Part shown: in pieces, positions 52,060-64,000 of the stretch
Position numbering within the stretch: position 1 is the stretch's first letter
Layout of the letters: every line of letters begins with the position of its first letter
Origin: Atractiella rhizophila
Lineage: Eukaryota
Assembly (NCBI GenBank): GCA_021432655.1
Contig: MU271186.1
Coordinates: forward strand, 124,001 to 188,000
Length of the DNA: 64,000 bases
Direction of reading: 5' to 3'
Position numbers and translations under genes: made by a program
The notes under the pieces: model-generated
Databases searched by the model: none
The model's input: only the letters and a program-made list of their open reading frames with translations
What the model was told of the DNA's origin: nothing

Positions 52060-53505
52060 ATGGATGACACGACCTCCTCCCTCCACGATACCCTTGACGC
52101 CATGTCCGACTCGCTATCCGCCTTGGAGAGTGCATTGGACGACGTATTGTCGCCCGCTTCGATCGAAGAGCTCGAGAAGAGCCCGTTGCTCGTACAGGCA
52201 AAGCAGAGCGTTACTATGGCTTATACCGTCTATGATTTGGTCTTTGGTGCGCTTTCCCATACTCCCATTCGTTATGGTTGCGGGCGAGATGGCGGGACGG
52301 ATGGATGGATGGAATATTGATTTGCATGGCTTGGGGATAGTCTACCTGAAATTGAAAGGAATAGATCCTTCAACCCATCCAGTGCAAAATGAACTCGTGC
52401 GTCTCCCTTCTAAACAAGACTGCAAATACCTAAAAGAAAGCTTCGATGATTGAAGGGGACTGTGAAGGCGTATTTCACAAAGGTACAGAAAGCGGGTGAA
52501 AAAGAAGAGAAACGTACGCTCTTCATCCCATTTGACCTGAGAGAGACGGTGTTGAAGGGTCGTCCTTTTCTGATGGATAGGGACGACAAGAGTGGACAAG
52601 GAAGCCGCCGACAGGTTCATCAGACATGCTATCTCCCAAGCGTCGGCACCTACATCCTCACCAACTATAACCGGACAAGAATCAGGCATTTCCTCTCTTC
52701 CTCCAGCATCCACAGGTAAGGCGACGACGGTAACAGCGCAAGCATCCACCTCATCCTCCTTACCAAAACCAATAACCACTGACCCACTCATTGGTCTGTT
52801 TCGCATTCATCCTTTTGAAATCCATTTCCTTTACCTTACTCATATTGTCTTGTTTGGTGGGCAGGATACAAGGATACAAGCAAGAAGAAGCGTAAACGGG
52901 AGGGGGAGCCATCGAAGAATGCACTCAAGAAGGCGAAGAGGAGGATGGAAGCCCATCTCTCCTCCTCCGCTGATAACTCACAACAGACTTCCGAGCTAGA
53001 GATAGAGGTTGAGGCTCCTGCAGACACTCTAGCTGACGAGCGGACAGAAGCCGATGTACAGATGGAGCGGTTGCCCATCGAAGCTGGCGGCGAGGAAGGC
53101 GTGGTGGATGTTCCTGACGCAAAGTTAGGGGTGGAAGAAGATATGGAGCGAGAGGAAGGACAGCCAAAGAAGAAAAAGAGAAGGAAGAACAAGGCTCGTG
53201 CTTCCACGTCCAATTCTACCCCTCAATCCGCCAACATCTCACAACCACAATCGCAATCACAATCTCAGTCGGAAAATGTCGAGGGGAAGGAGGAGACCAC
53301 GAAGATGTCGAAGCGGGAACGGAAGAAGTTGAGGAAGGCACAGCAAGCGCTGCTTCGCGAAGGGGCAGAGGGGCAGGGAGTGGCTTCTGCCTCGCCGATC
53401 GATCAGTCGAATGGTGCGGCAACAGGGTCAGGCGAGAATGGGAAGAAGAAAAAGGGTGCGAAGTCAGTGGCGGGGACGAAGGAAGAACCACTCCTCATTG
53501 ACTGA
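52060..53505 (+). CDS. RRP47: Exosome cofactor Rrp47/Lrp1/C1D (Sas10/Utp3/C1D domain)
   Basis: AKQSVTMAYTVYDLVF|VYLKLKGIDPSTHPVQNEL|VKAYFTKV...VDKEAADRFIRHAI followed by a Lys/Glu-rich tail. Confidence 0.8.
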
Positions 53506-53627
53506 TGTGCACCTTCGCTTCCAGCAAGCAAGCAGAACTGCTTTGGTCTTTGCAAGGACAGTTGTTACAACATTTTCTTTTATTTTATTGTATCTTTAGT
53601 GAACAAAGCAATACCAAAAGGTGGCTT

Positions 53628-56468
53628 TTACTGCCCAAGCAACAAATTGACTGCCAATTCCACATTCCCACCCGCGGCCTCCAACATCCCCTCTGCCTCC
53701 TCTGCCGAACATCCAGCCAGACCCATGAGCATCTGGACATCTTCGGACCTCGCTCCCCGTCCTCCCCCCGCGCCAGCACTTCCGCTGGTTCCTGTTCCTG
53801 CTCCTCTCGGGGGTTGCGATTGAGATGGAGCTGAGTCCATCTCGATGTCCTCTTCAGCTGGGAAGTCATCGAAGTAATCGGCTGGGATATCATCTGTTTG
53901 AGGTGCTGGCTGCACTGCTGCAGGTGTAGGTTGGAAGCGGGGTGCTTTACATCCAAGGAATCAACCGTGAGAGGTTCACAAGAGGAGGGGAAGAAAGGCG
54001 TACCGGTGGCTTCATGAGCAATGGTAACCAGCGTCTGCCAACCAGCCAACCCACCCAATTTATTCACCCTCTCTTTGCGCTCTTTATCACTCTTCGCCGT
54101 CGCCACGCTGCCAAGGACTCTCATGTCCTCCTTCCCAAACATGCCACTAGTATCCAAGAAAGCGAGGAGGTGAAAGTCGCTCAACCACTTAGCGATGGCA
54201 AGCTCATCCCCTTGCTTCAGCAACGGAGCAAGCTTCCGTTCCACCAAATTGGTTAAATCTTGATCTTGAAACCCTGGTCGGTTTTCGATTTCGAACGGAG
54301 CTGGAGAGAGGAATTGAGGATTGGGTAAGGCTGGCACTCCGTGTGAGACGGTCACGAGCAGGTATTCGACAGGGAAGCAGGGTTTAGCGGATTCCTTCAC
54401 CTCGATGTTGTATTCGTTCTTGTAGCGGTAGAAGACATCGGGCACGTATCTTTCCAAGTAGCGGTATCACTGAGATGCTCCTGAATAGAAGGAATAGAAC
54501 TTACACATCGTCGCTCGGTTCAACAATCTTGAGTTGTCCAGGATCATTCGTAGCCCTAACAATGTTCGCCTCCGCCAATCCCATCGCCTGATCGCTGACT
54601 TGATAGGCTGTAACCTCCGTATCTCCATCTTTATTCCCACTCAGGACACAAGTCACGAAACGACTGGAAAATTTGCCAGTGTAAGAATACTTGGAAGGAG
54701 TTTGATAATTGAGTTGCCGACGAGCAGCGAAGATAATTTCGAGACAGGAGAGGTAGTACGAGTCTGCATGTCGCTTATATGTGAATTTCTGGCTCTTCGC
54801 CTCTTGTGTTTTCTCCTCATCTAGTTCGAGATCGGTGTATATGCACCCGACGATTTTGAGTCCTCCACATAGGTTAGCAAGGTCCCCAATCCGACCTTCC
54901 TCCTCCCAAGGCATCCCAATCTTGATTCCATCCGGACTGCCCTCTTGAGGAGGCTCGTAGATCGCCTCTACCACCGCCTTGACGCCCATCGGCACGAGTT
55001 CGTACGGTTCGTACCGACCTATCAGGAACCCAAAGCGCTGCAACCGCGTCTGCTGCCAGAAGTTGAAGAAATCCCGCACGGTCTGAGGATCGGAGAATTC
55101 GACGTGGTCCACCATCCGGAACTTTTGCAGTGCCAATGTTATAGCAGATGGTTGACATTTTGTGCATATTCCGGCGGGGTAAGGAGCGTGGGATTCGGTT
55201 GGACAAGGCGACTGGACTTTATAGAATGGCGGTGTGAGAGGGGGGATATAGGTTGCGGAGTTGGGATCGGACCATGTAGATGAGGAAGGCGGGAGGATAG
55301 ACTTCAGATAAGCGTAATGGGAGAGGTACTTGATATTGTGTTCCTTCTGATAGTTCGCGTCGTACGGCTACCCTAGAGGCGTGAACCCCCTTCCCAATGT
55401 TGATGTGAAGCAATTAGACGAACCTCAAGAGGCATGCAATAATCACACATGCTCTTCGCCCCATGCCTGCACATCCGCGTATCCCTTGGACGAGGGATCT
55501 TCCCATCCTTCTTTTCCCAATATTTGTCTACCTCATCCTCCTCCACATGCTGCCATGGCTTCGCTGCTACTGATGAACCTGCCTTCGAGGATCCAGCTTC
55601 AACTGAGGTTGATGTTGAAGCGGCACCATTGGCCACGAGCGGCGGAGGGGGGTCTGAAGATGCATCATCTTGGGGAGGGGGGTAAGAAGCAAAAAGGAGG
55701 TCTCCATGGCTGCAGGAACAGTCAGTAAACAAGAAATCATGCACAGCAGAGAGAAATTACTTTATACCCAAGCTCTTCAGGGAGCCTCGAAGTCCGGCTA
55801 CTTTATTTTCTCCTCCCCTTGGTTGATTAGAGAAGGCAAGAGCGCTGGGATCTGAAGTCTTGATATCTGCCAGTAACTGTGTTGCAGTATTAGTTAGCAC
55901 ATGTCCTCCTAGAATACTATATCCTGCGCAAAGCTACAGGACGTGCAATGTATATGGGTCACACCGTCTGTCGATATATAAACAAAGGAGATCTCTGCAG
56001 TGAAAGGAGACATATCCATAGGGCTGCCAGGTGGCGTAAGGCAGGGAAGCAACTATTCAACAGCCGACTTGGGTACACATTAGAACTACTGTCCGCATGA
56101 TCGAAGCTACAGAGCACATATTGGTAAGGCATTGCGGTTCCCTGTTCTTCGCAGAGATCTTCAAGCGTCTCACAATAACGCGTAAGCGTACGAAGGGACA
56201 CTCAGGAAGAGCAAGCATTCATCAGATATGGCCATCATCTTCCCACTTCACAGGCATCTTTTACGATGGAACTGTACAGAACAGCCTCACGAGCTCCAAT
56301 TCGAAAGCAGAGAAAGGAAGAACGCGCACCTTTTGTACAAGTACCTGGATATCATCTGTCTCCTTGACATCGTACCTGAAATTCCCATCTCTCGCTCTAA
56401 TTCTTAACAGCTACCATTCCAGAAGACCTAATCAGCAAAATCCCATATTTCCAAGGGAAACTCGCCAT
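53628..56468 (-). CDS. NPL4: Npl4, Cdc48-Ufd1 cofactor
   Basis: [12 protein letters not shown] (UBX-like), [63 protein letters not shown]. The start ATG at 56468 is tentative and implies a GC-AG first intron. Confidence 0.95.
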
Positions 56469-57435
56469 ATTTGCTTTGTGAAATATGCTGCAAAGGCCGG
56501 TGGTCGTTCGTTGATGACGCGTTGGATGCGTTGATGAGGGTAGAAACTCGATCAACTACCAATCCACCAACCATCCACAAGTAGAGTTGCAGAAGGCCAG
56601 GCGGAATAGAGTAAGGAATAGGCAATCGAACGGAATAGGAGAGACACAGGAGGAGAGCATTGGATTTATCGTAAAACCGCATTTGCAGCACAAAGTATGT
56701 GCTTCTCTCACCTTACCATATGTACTGCCCCGTCGTGTTGGGATTATCTTCCTTTGTCAGTCACAAACTCTCTAGAGTAGTTTCTTTGCCATAGGAAAAA
56801 AGAAAGCTCTTATAGACGAGGACAAACGGTGTTCTTTACGTCCCTCTCATGTTACCTTCTTGTGAACGGAAGCAGGAATGGAATTCCATGTGAAAAGGTA
56901 CATTATGCAGGGAAGAATTCAGCGAATCACAAACGTTATTATGCTTCTGAGTCTCCCAGGAATGTAAATGAGCTTATTCAGTTGCGGTTTGAGTGTTACT
57001 GGACTTCAGGTGTTCATTCACTCGATACTGTCCCCTTAAGCACAAACAACTTGAGGACATTGAGATGTGTATAGAGCTTCATTTATCAAAGCCATAACGA
57101 AACTTTCTACGATAGTTCACTTGTTAGCACCTTCTATCCCAAACGGTTAGCCGAATGAGTCTTAATGGTGCAAGATACCTCAAAAGGAGTGGCGTAGTGA
57201 GAAAGTCACAGGAGTTCAATGCATGGGCCATTCGCTTGAATGTTTCAGCCCTGAAGTCGTGTACACAACGCTATTGCTCTTCCTACCTCGTTCGTTTTAT
57301 CTTTGCTTACCGTCTTCTGAGTGATTGGCGGTCGAGGGTCGGATGAACATGTTAGCGGCGGCCCCATAAATGTTGCAAGCCTCTATATTCCAACATTTTG
57401 TTCTGTTTTCTGTAGTTTTCTGATATGACCTTCCA

Positions 57436-58245
57436 GTGTCTGCTACACCTCAGGTCAAAGCTTCCGGTTGGCGAACAAAAGGGAATACGGGCCTCTCATC
57501 CTCGGCCGTTCAATCACAAAGAGCTGTTCTCCTAGCCCCAGTCCAACGATACAAACGCATGCGAGTCGCCCATTCAGTCTACCCAAACTCGTCTGTCAAA
57601 GTTATGAAATGGGTCAAGGTCTCTGCTGACGAAGAGGAAGAGGAAGACATGGCACTGGAAGAAGCAGCCGAGGAGGAGCTGAAGAAGGCTGTTGAGGCCG
57701 CAATACCTCCACAACCTGGCTCAGAGACGCCACGTCATGAAGATGATGGAGGAACGCCAGCTGTGGAGGATGGGATGACGCCGAGCGGGCGACATGCAAT
57801 ATCGAAGGAGGACACGCCAGCGGTATCCGGCGTGTCAACACCATTGAGATCTAATCCCACCTCAAAAGGTCTCACTGGTACAGCTACCGAAAACGATTCT
57901 CCTGATCAAAGCGGATACGGAACTCCAAACCCTTACATTACCGCAAAGAAGCTACGCGGAGAGCACGTCTCAAAGCAGGGTTCGAGCTTGAGGATTGGAT
58001 TCAAATTCGATAATAGCCCACAGGAGGAAAAGGATTTTGAACAAGATGAAGGGATGGTTGAAGGAGAGGTCGAGGATCAGGGAATTATCGTTCAAGAGGG
58101 AGAGGAAATGGTAGAGGGGGATATGGAAGGCGTCGGCGAGATTCAATTTGAAGAGGGGGACAAACAAGTGCTGACCGACGACGGAGACCGCAAGTCTGAT
58201 AATCAGGACGAGGAGATGAATAGTGCAGAAGAGGAGAATGCTTGA
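57436..58245 (+). CDS. Acidic protein with a BCL7/Rtt102-like N-terminal motif (true start uncertain)
   Basis: 269-aa ORF. PVQRYKRMRV...SSVKVMKWVKV followed by an acidic disordered tail. Confidence 0.5.
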   Translation: MSATPQVKASGWRTKGNTGLSSSAVQSQRAVLLAPVQRYKRMRVAHSVYPNSSVKVMKWVKVSADEEEEEDMALEEAAEEELKKAVEAAIPPQPGSETPRHEDDGGTPAVEDGMTPSGRHAISKEDTPAVSGVSTPLRSNPTSKGLTGTATENDSPDQSGYGTPNPYITAKKLRGEHVSKQGSSLRIGFKFDNSPQEEKDFEQDEGMVEGEVEDQGIIVQEGEEMVEGDMEGVGEIQFEEGDKQVLTDDGDRKSDNQDEEMNSAEEENA

Positions 58246-61200
58246 CCTTTGTTTCATGGGTATCTATTTGTGCGTAAAGTCTTCTCTGCCTGAATCCGCC
58301 GCACGCCGACTCATTCGTTCCAGGTGTGACGATTAGACATTGCAATATCTTCATTTGTCAGATAGTGTCAAATTGTTGAGCAAAATGTGACATTCCAATT
58401 TGATAACCATGGCAAGAGACTCGGACCTGTGCAGACCGTTGGAATGCAATAAACGTAACACGATGCGTTCTCCCTTTCATCCCCGTTCCACAAGGCCGTG
58501 CGGTTTCCTTCTCTCCCCCGAATCCTCTACTCCGTTTGAACACAGACTCATGCCCCAAGCCGCTTTAAGTCTTGCCGGATCGATACCCGAGTATCAGTGG
58601 CGATTTTGTGGGGACTGTCTCTGATATAAAACCTACCCCGCGCGTTTTTTGTCTTTGGCACCTTACCACAACCAAACCTCCTCACAGGCTCCCAATTCAA
58701 TCCATTCCACAATGGCATCTCAGGCTCAAAAGGCAAGCGTCCCGCAGATGAAATTCGTCGCTCCCCCTAGCTATGCCAATGCGGAAGAGGAGCGAGCGCA
58801 CAAGCTCCAGAGGTTAGCTGTAAGTGCCTCTCGTGTAAGTTATTGATCTGATGCAAGTGTCTACAGTTGGCTTTCCGGTAAGCGGCAATATACAGTGAGA
58901 AATGATGCTGAACAAGTGGCAGAGTGTTTGCGAAATTGGGTTTCGATGAAGGTACGTTTACTGTTCAAGGCATGGATTAAAATTCATGACGAATTGCAGG
59001 CGTAGCGGGACATCTCACGCTTCGAGATCCCATCGACACTGACTGCTTCTGGGTCAATCCCTTCGGAGTACCTTTCGCCCATATGGTTCGTTCACGTACT
59101 TAGACACGGTATCCGCTGATCCCCTCCTCCAGACGGTCTCCGACCTTTTGAAAGTCGACCATCAAGGAAACATAGTCGGAGGTGGCAGACCAGATCTGCA
59201 ACTCTACAATCGAGCTGCTTTTGCCATTCATTCGAGGATCCATATGGCGCGACCAGATGTTCATGCTGCTTGTCACTCACATTCTATTCATGGTTTGTCA
59301 TGCTTGCGTCGTCGCTCGTTCTGCCTGACGTTCTTACCACCTGTGCAGGGAAAGCCTTTTCAACCCTTGGAAGAAACATCAGCATCATTACGCAGGATAC
59401 TTGCGCTTTGTACAAGAACTGCAATCTCTATCCCAACTTTGGCGGTATTGTGTTAGACGATGAAGAGGGAGACAATATCGCTCGACATCTGGGGGATGGG
59501 AAGGCTTTGATTCTTCAGGTAATCTACTTTTTCCCAACGCCATGTTTTATATTGACGGGGATTAGAATCATGGGATTCTTACCTGTGGTGAGACCATTGA
59601 AGAAGCAACAGGCTGGTTCATTGGATTGGAGAGAGCTTGTCAGGCGGAACTGCTTGCAAGAGCTGCAGGAGAACCCATACTCATTAGTGACGAAGAAGCT
59701 GAATTTACGAAGAAAACGACAGGGACTGCTCAAAGAGGGAGAGGAAATGGTAGAGGGGGATATGGAAGGCGTCGGCGAGATTCAATTTGAAGAGGGGGAC
59801 AAACAAGTGCTGACCGACGACGGAGACCACAAGTCTGATAATCAGGACGGGGAGATGAATAGTGCAGAAGAGGAGAATGCTTGACCTTTGTTTCATGGGT
59901 ATCTATTTGTGCGTAAAGTCTTCTCTGCCTGAATCCGCCGCACGCCGTCTCATTTGTTCCAGGTGTGACGATTAAACATTGCAATATCTTCGTTTGTCAG
60001 ATAGTGCCAAATTGTTGAGCAAAGTGTGACATTCCAATTGATAACCATGGCAAGAGACTCGGACCTGTGCAGACCGTTGGAATAAAGGTAACACGATGCG
60101 TTCTCCCTGTCATCCCCGTTCCACAAGGCCGTGCGGTTTCCTTCTCTCCCCCGAATCCTCTACTCTGTTTGAACGCAGACTCATGCCCCAAGCCGCTTTA
60201 CGTCTTGCCGGATCGATACCCGAGTATCAGTGGCGATTTTGTGGGGACTGTCTCATATAAAACCTACCCCGCGCGTTGTTGTCTTTGGCACCGTACCACA
60301 ATCAGACTTACCACAATCAGACGTCTTCACAAGCTGCCAATTCATTCCATTCCACAATGGCATCTCAGGCTCAAAAGGCAAGTGTCCCGCAGATGAAATT
60401 TGTCGCTCCCCCTAGTTATGCCAACGCGGAAGAGGAGCGAGCGCACAAGCTCCAGAGATTAGCTGTAAGTGCCGCTCGTGTAAGCTATTGATCTGATGCA
60501 AGTGTCTACAGTTGGCTTTCCGGTAAGTGGCATACACAGTGAGAAATGATGCTGAACAAGGGGCAGAGTGTTTGCGAAATTGGGTTTCGATGAAGGTATG
60601 TTTACTGTTCAAGGCATGGATTAAAAATTCACGACGAATTGCAGGCGTAGCGGGACATCTGACGCTTCGAGATCCTATCGACACTGACTGCTTCTGGGTC
60701 AATCCCTTCGGAGTACCTTTCGCCCATATGGTTCGTTCACGTACTTAGACACGGTATCCGCTGATCCCCTCCTCCAGACGGTCTCCGACCTTTTGAAAGT
60801 CGACCATCAAGGAAACATAGTCGGAGGTGGCAGACCAGATCTGCAACTCTACAATCGAGCTGCTTTTGCCATTCATTCGAGGATCCATATGGCGCGACCA
60901 GATGTTCATGCTGCTTGTCACTCACATTCTATTCATGGTTTGTCATGCTTGCGTCGTCGCTCGTTCTGCCTGACGTTCTTACCACCTGTGCAGGGAAAGC
61001 CTTTTCAACCCTTGGAAGAAACATCAGCATCATTACGCAGGATACTTGCGCTTTGTACAAGAACTGCAATCTCTATCCCAACTTTGGCGGTATTGTGTTA
61101 GACGATGAAGAGGGAGACAATATCGCTCGACATCTGGGGGATGGGAAGGCTTTGATTCTTCAGGTAATCTACTTTTCCCAACGCCATGTTTTATATTGAC

Positions 61201-61377
61201 GGGGATTAGAATCATGGGATTCTTACCTGTGGTGAGACCATTGAAGAAGCAACAGGCTGGTTCATTGGATTGGAGAGAGCTTGTCAGGCGGAACTGCTTG
61301 CAAGAGCTGCAGGAGAACCCATACTCATTAGTGACGAAGAAGCTGAATTTACGAAGAAAACGACAGGGACTGCTCAA
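58095..61377. repeat. Direct tandem duplication of ~1.64 kb (58095-59733 and 59734-61377)
   Basis: agagggagaggaaatggtagaggggg occurs at 58095 and 59734; agggactgctcaa ends both units. Confidence 0.95.
58712..59790 (+). pseudogene. Class II aldolase/adducin copy 1, 3'-truncated chimera
   Basis: Matches copy 2 up to TTGTAQ, then reads RGRGNGRGGYGRRRRDSI* from the duplicated neighbouring gene in a shifted frame. Confidence 0.75.
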
Positions 61378-61603
61378 GGAGTGTGGTTTTGGGTACGCTT
61401 TTACTCCTATAGGAAATCTGACGCTGATGACGCTGCTGCAGGCTCAACCCGTACGTCCTCATTGTGTTTCCTTCTAGCGAAGACTGACCAAACTGCGAAT
61501 TTAAGTACTTTACGGTAATGGTGAGTTGCATGTCCACGCTCCTCTAGCTTTGTACTCATGTCTTTCTTAGGATCGCGAATCCAAGGGCGAATACAAGGAA
61601 TAA
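60357..61603 (+). CDS. Class II aldolase/adducin-domain protein, complete copy
   Basis: FAKLGFDE|GVAGHLTLRDP, FWVNPFGVPF, NRAAFAIHSRIHMARPDVHAACHSHS, ALILQ|NHGILTCG, ending DRESKGEYKE*. Confidence 0.92.
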
Positions 61604-61771
61604 TTGCAAATGGGGTGCCATTAAGTTTACAAGTGTACATCAACAGTCAACAGTATTGGAAGGCATGTGAACGTTACTGAGACTTGCAGCTGGAGAAATT
61701 TCAAGAAGTTGCAGAAATGAAATCTGAAATCGCGATGCAACAAGCATTACCGAAAGTTTAACCCCAGAAAA

Positions 61772-63266
61772 TTAGCAGACATCTCCCCAATCCTCTTCTA
61801 GGTCTACCAAGGCCTCTCTCGTATCTTTCCATCCCTCATTATGTTCGTCCCATTCTTCAGAATCGTCCTCTTCCTCGTCTCCTTCCTCCCCACCTTCATC
61901 CTCAAGGTCTTCTAGCCCCTTCCGCTTTGCTTCTAGCACTAACGACGGCTCGTTCAATAACTTCTTCACAGTGGTTATTCGATGTCTATCCCGTTCCGCG
62001 ATATGCTCCTTAGGTGTAGAGAGCGAAAGAAGTGACATGAGTTCAGGCGGAAGTTCCTCCTCCGCGTCTTCCACCTCCTTGCCCTTGCCCTGGTCATCAC
62101 GTACGTCGAACGCCCCTTGTTTCGAGGGCGGAAAAGCCTGGTATTCCTGAACGACAAATTTTTCCTTCTCATCCTCCTCCCCAACCGTAGACGAAACAGG
62201 GACAGCATCGAACAACTTTGGCCGCTTCCTGTCTCGTTCCGACACCTCAAACTTATTCGTCGGTGGCTTCTTCCGCGTCTTCGCCTTCTTCTTCTCCGTC
62301 GCATTTTCATCAACATCCATATCCACAGTCCCTGGTCCCCGCTCGTCTTCAAAGTTTGCACCTTGGACCCGCTCCGAGTTCACGCGCGCTAGACGAGACG
62401 CGGCGGTCTTGGGACGAGCGTTTGAGGATGAGGTTTTGGAGGAAGAGAAGGGGAGAGAAGGCTGTTTCTCTTTCTCTTTTTCTTTAGATTGTGGTTGTGG
62501 CAAGGTTGGTCGAGAGGGTGGTTCCGGAGGTAGGAAGTCGACCGAACTCGACGATGACGCAACGGGTTGCGATGAAGGAAAGATGGAGTGGGTAGAGCGC
62601 TTCGACTTGACGGGGGACTGTGCACCGATGATGTCGAAAAGAGCTACGAACTTGCGAGCATCCTTCTTCGCTGGCGAGGGCTGAAGAACCTCATCTTCGT
62701 CTTCCACCTCTTCTACCACTGGGGGCTGCGACTGTCGCTGCTCCCGCTTGAGAGGTTGGGGGGCGGAAAAAGGGTCAGAGGTCGCGGTGTCGTCTGCTGA
62801 GGGGTCGTTCGCCTTTGAAAGAAAGGTGGAGCCCCATTTGCGATGCAGAGGAGAGGGACGAGCAGCACCAGTGAGCCAGGACTGTGCTTTTTTTCGCGGC
62901 GTCTCCTCCACAAATTTGGGTCCGCCATCCTTTGCTTTCCCTTTCCCATTGGTATCGAATAGAGACCCACTGGTTTGGCCATTATGTCCATTTGGACGAA
63001 GCTCCCCGTTCACCTTCCTCTCCCCTTTGTTGCCTTTGGACTGAGAAACCTTGGATGATGGAGCTTTCCGGAGGGTCTGGTATCTTTTGTACATGTCGGC
63101 TGATGTAATCGTCAGTCATATTCAACCTGTCGAATAGAACCAGCTTACAGATAGACGGGTTGGCTTTGATATCATCCTTTGTTGGAGGATGGCCATGAGT
63201 GGAAGTGAAATCTCGTTCATATCTCTTCAGCTCAGCTCGCAGTTCTTCCACGCCTTTCTTCGACAT
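61772..63266 (-). CDS. SLD2: DNA replication regulator Sld2/Drc1
   Basis: LRAELKRYERDFTSTHGHPPTKDDIKANPSI|ADMYKRYQTLRK (Sld2/RecQ4 N-terminal domain) and multiple S/T-P sites (TPRKK, SPAKK, SPVK). Confidence 0.8.
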
Positions 63267-63339
63267 AGCTCAAAGTCGCCTGGAAGTGTTATAGACCAAC
63301 AGATACTGCTTGATGAGACTGAGAGCCGCTGAGGTCGAT

Positions 63340-63345
63340 ACGCGT
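63340..63345. promoter_or_regulatory. MCB-like element ACGCGT upstream of SLD2
   Basis: Exact hexamer ~75 nt upstream of the ATG of a G1/S replication gene; single copy. Confidence 0.4.
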
Positions 63346-64000
63346 TTGTGGACTCAAAGTCATGTGACGGGCACGTCTAACCTTCTTGCTTGAAGTGATC
63401 AAGTGATAACTGAATCTGATGTGATTAGTCGTGAGAGGGAAGACAGGAGATTATGGGCTTTGTTGTGGGTTGAAAGCTAAAGGCCTGCTGATACTGTCAA
63501 TCACGGTAACTTCTGGTGAGTCCGTCCTGCTGTCTCGGTTTGCCAACATCAAGGTCTTCGCGCGAATTCGTTCAATTCCAATTCGTTTCAGTAAACGTGA
63601 GCTCAACAGGTGTAACCTCTTGTCTAAACTGTCTCTTGATTGTGCCATTGCTGCATTCGATATCTATTGTTGACCCTTTCGACTGTCACAGTCGCATCAT
63701 CTAGGAGGCTTGAGCCGTTCTATTGCGGCAGCACCTCTGCACCATGCTTTCACTTACAGTAGCTGTCTTACTTTGAATGAATGACTCTCGTTAGTGTTTC
63801 TGTCTATTTCGGATTTATGAGAAGGCTATAGATTTTTCAACCCTTTTTACGGACAAATCCATCAAGTACTGATGAAGGCAGTAACACGTATGGTATGGTG
63901 TTAATGTGTAGACGGCTCAGACAGTTCAGACAGACCCTGTTGGATCGATAATCTTCCTGTAAGAGGTAAATATGCGGTCAAATGTTGGACCATTAATTGA

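Noticed and set aside
59270..59884. 204-aa in-frame aldolase/acidic-tail fusion ORF
   Set aside because: It reads through introns and is out of the aldolase frame at the junction; the spliced frame stops at 59790.
63431..64000. Short ORFs at the window end
   Set aside because: No recognisable motif; cannot be judged without flanking sequence.

Overview
Eukaryotic (fungal, intron-rich, basidiomycete-like) genomic DNA with short GT-AG introns and one 25-N scaffold gap (9766-9790). Conserved genes recognisable from translated exons: a SUR7/PalI-family membrane protein, a C2H2 zinc-finger protein, a TMEM115/DUF1751 membrane protein, catalase, a Yap1/Pap1-type bZIP factor, Rrb1, a Pex24p-family peroxin, a GH16 glucanase, Rrp47/C1D, Npl4, a class II aldolase/adducin (duplicated) and Sld2/Drc1. 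A full-length hAT DNA transposon (37992-43047, TIRs plus a perfect 8-bp TSD) carries three nested solo LTRs. The first 17.8 kb is a duplication-rich accessory region. It holds a tandem family of three orphan genes sharing an N-terminal C-x2-C-x12-H-x~19-C-P finger, Pro-rich repeats and a C-terminal coiled coil. It also holds a 2.9-kb block (9791-12695) that is the reversed but NOT complemented copy of 1368-4264, most likely an assembly artefact. Exon boundaries were read by eye and family assignments come from motif recognition, not database searches.
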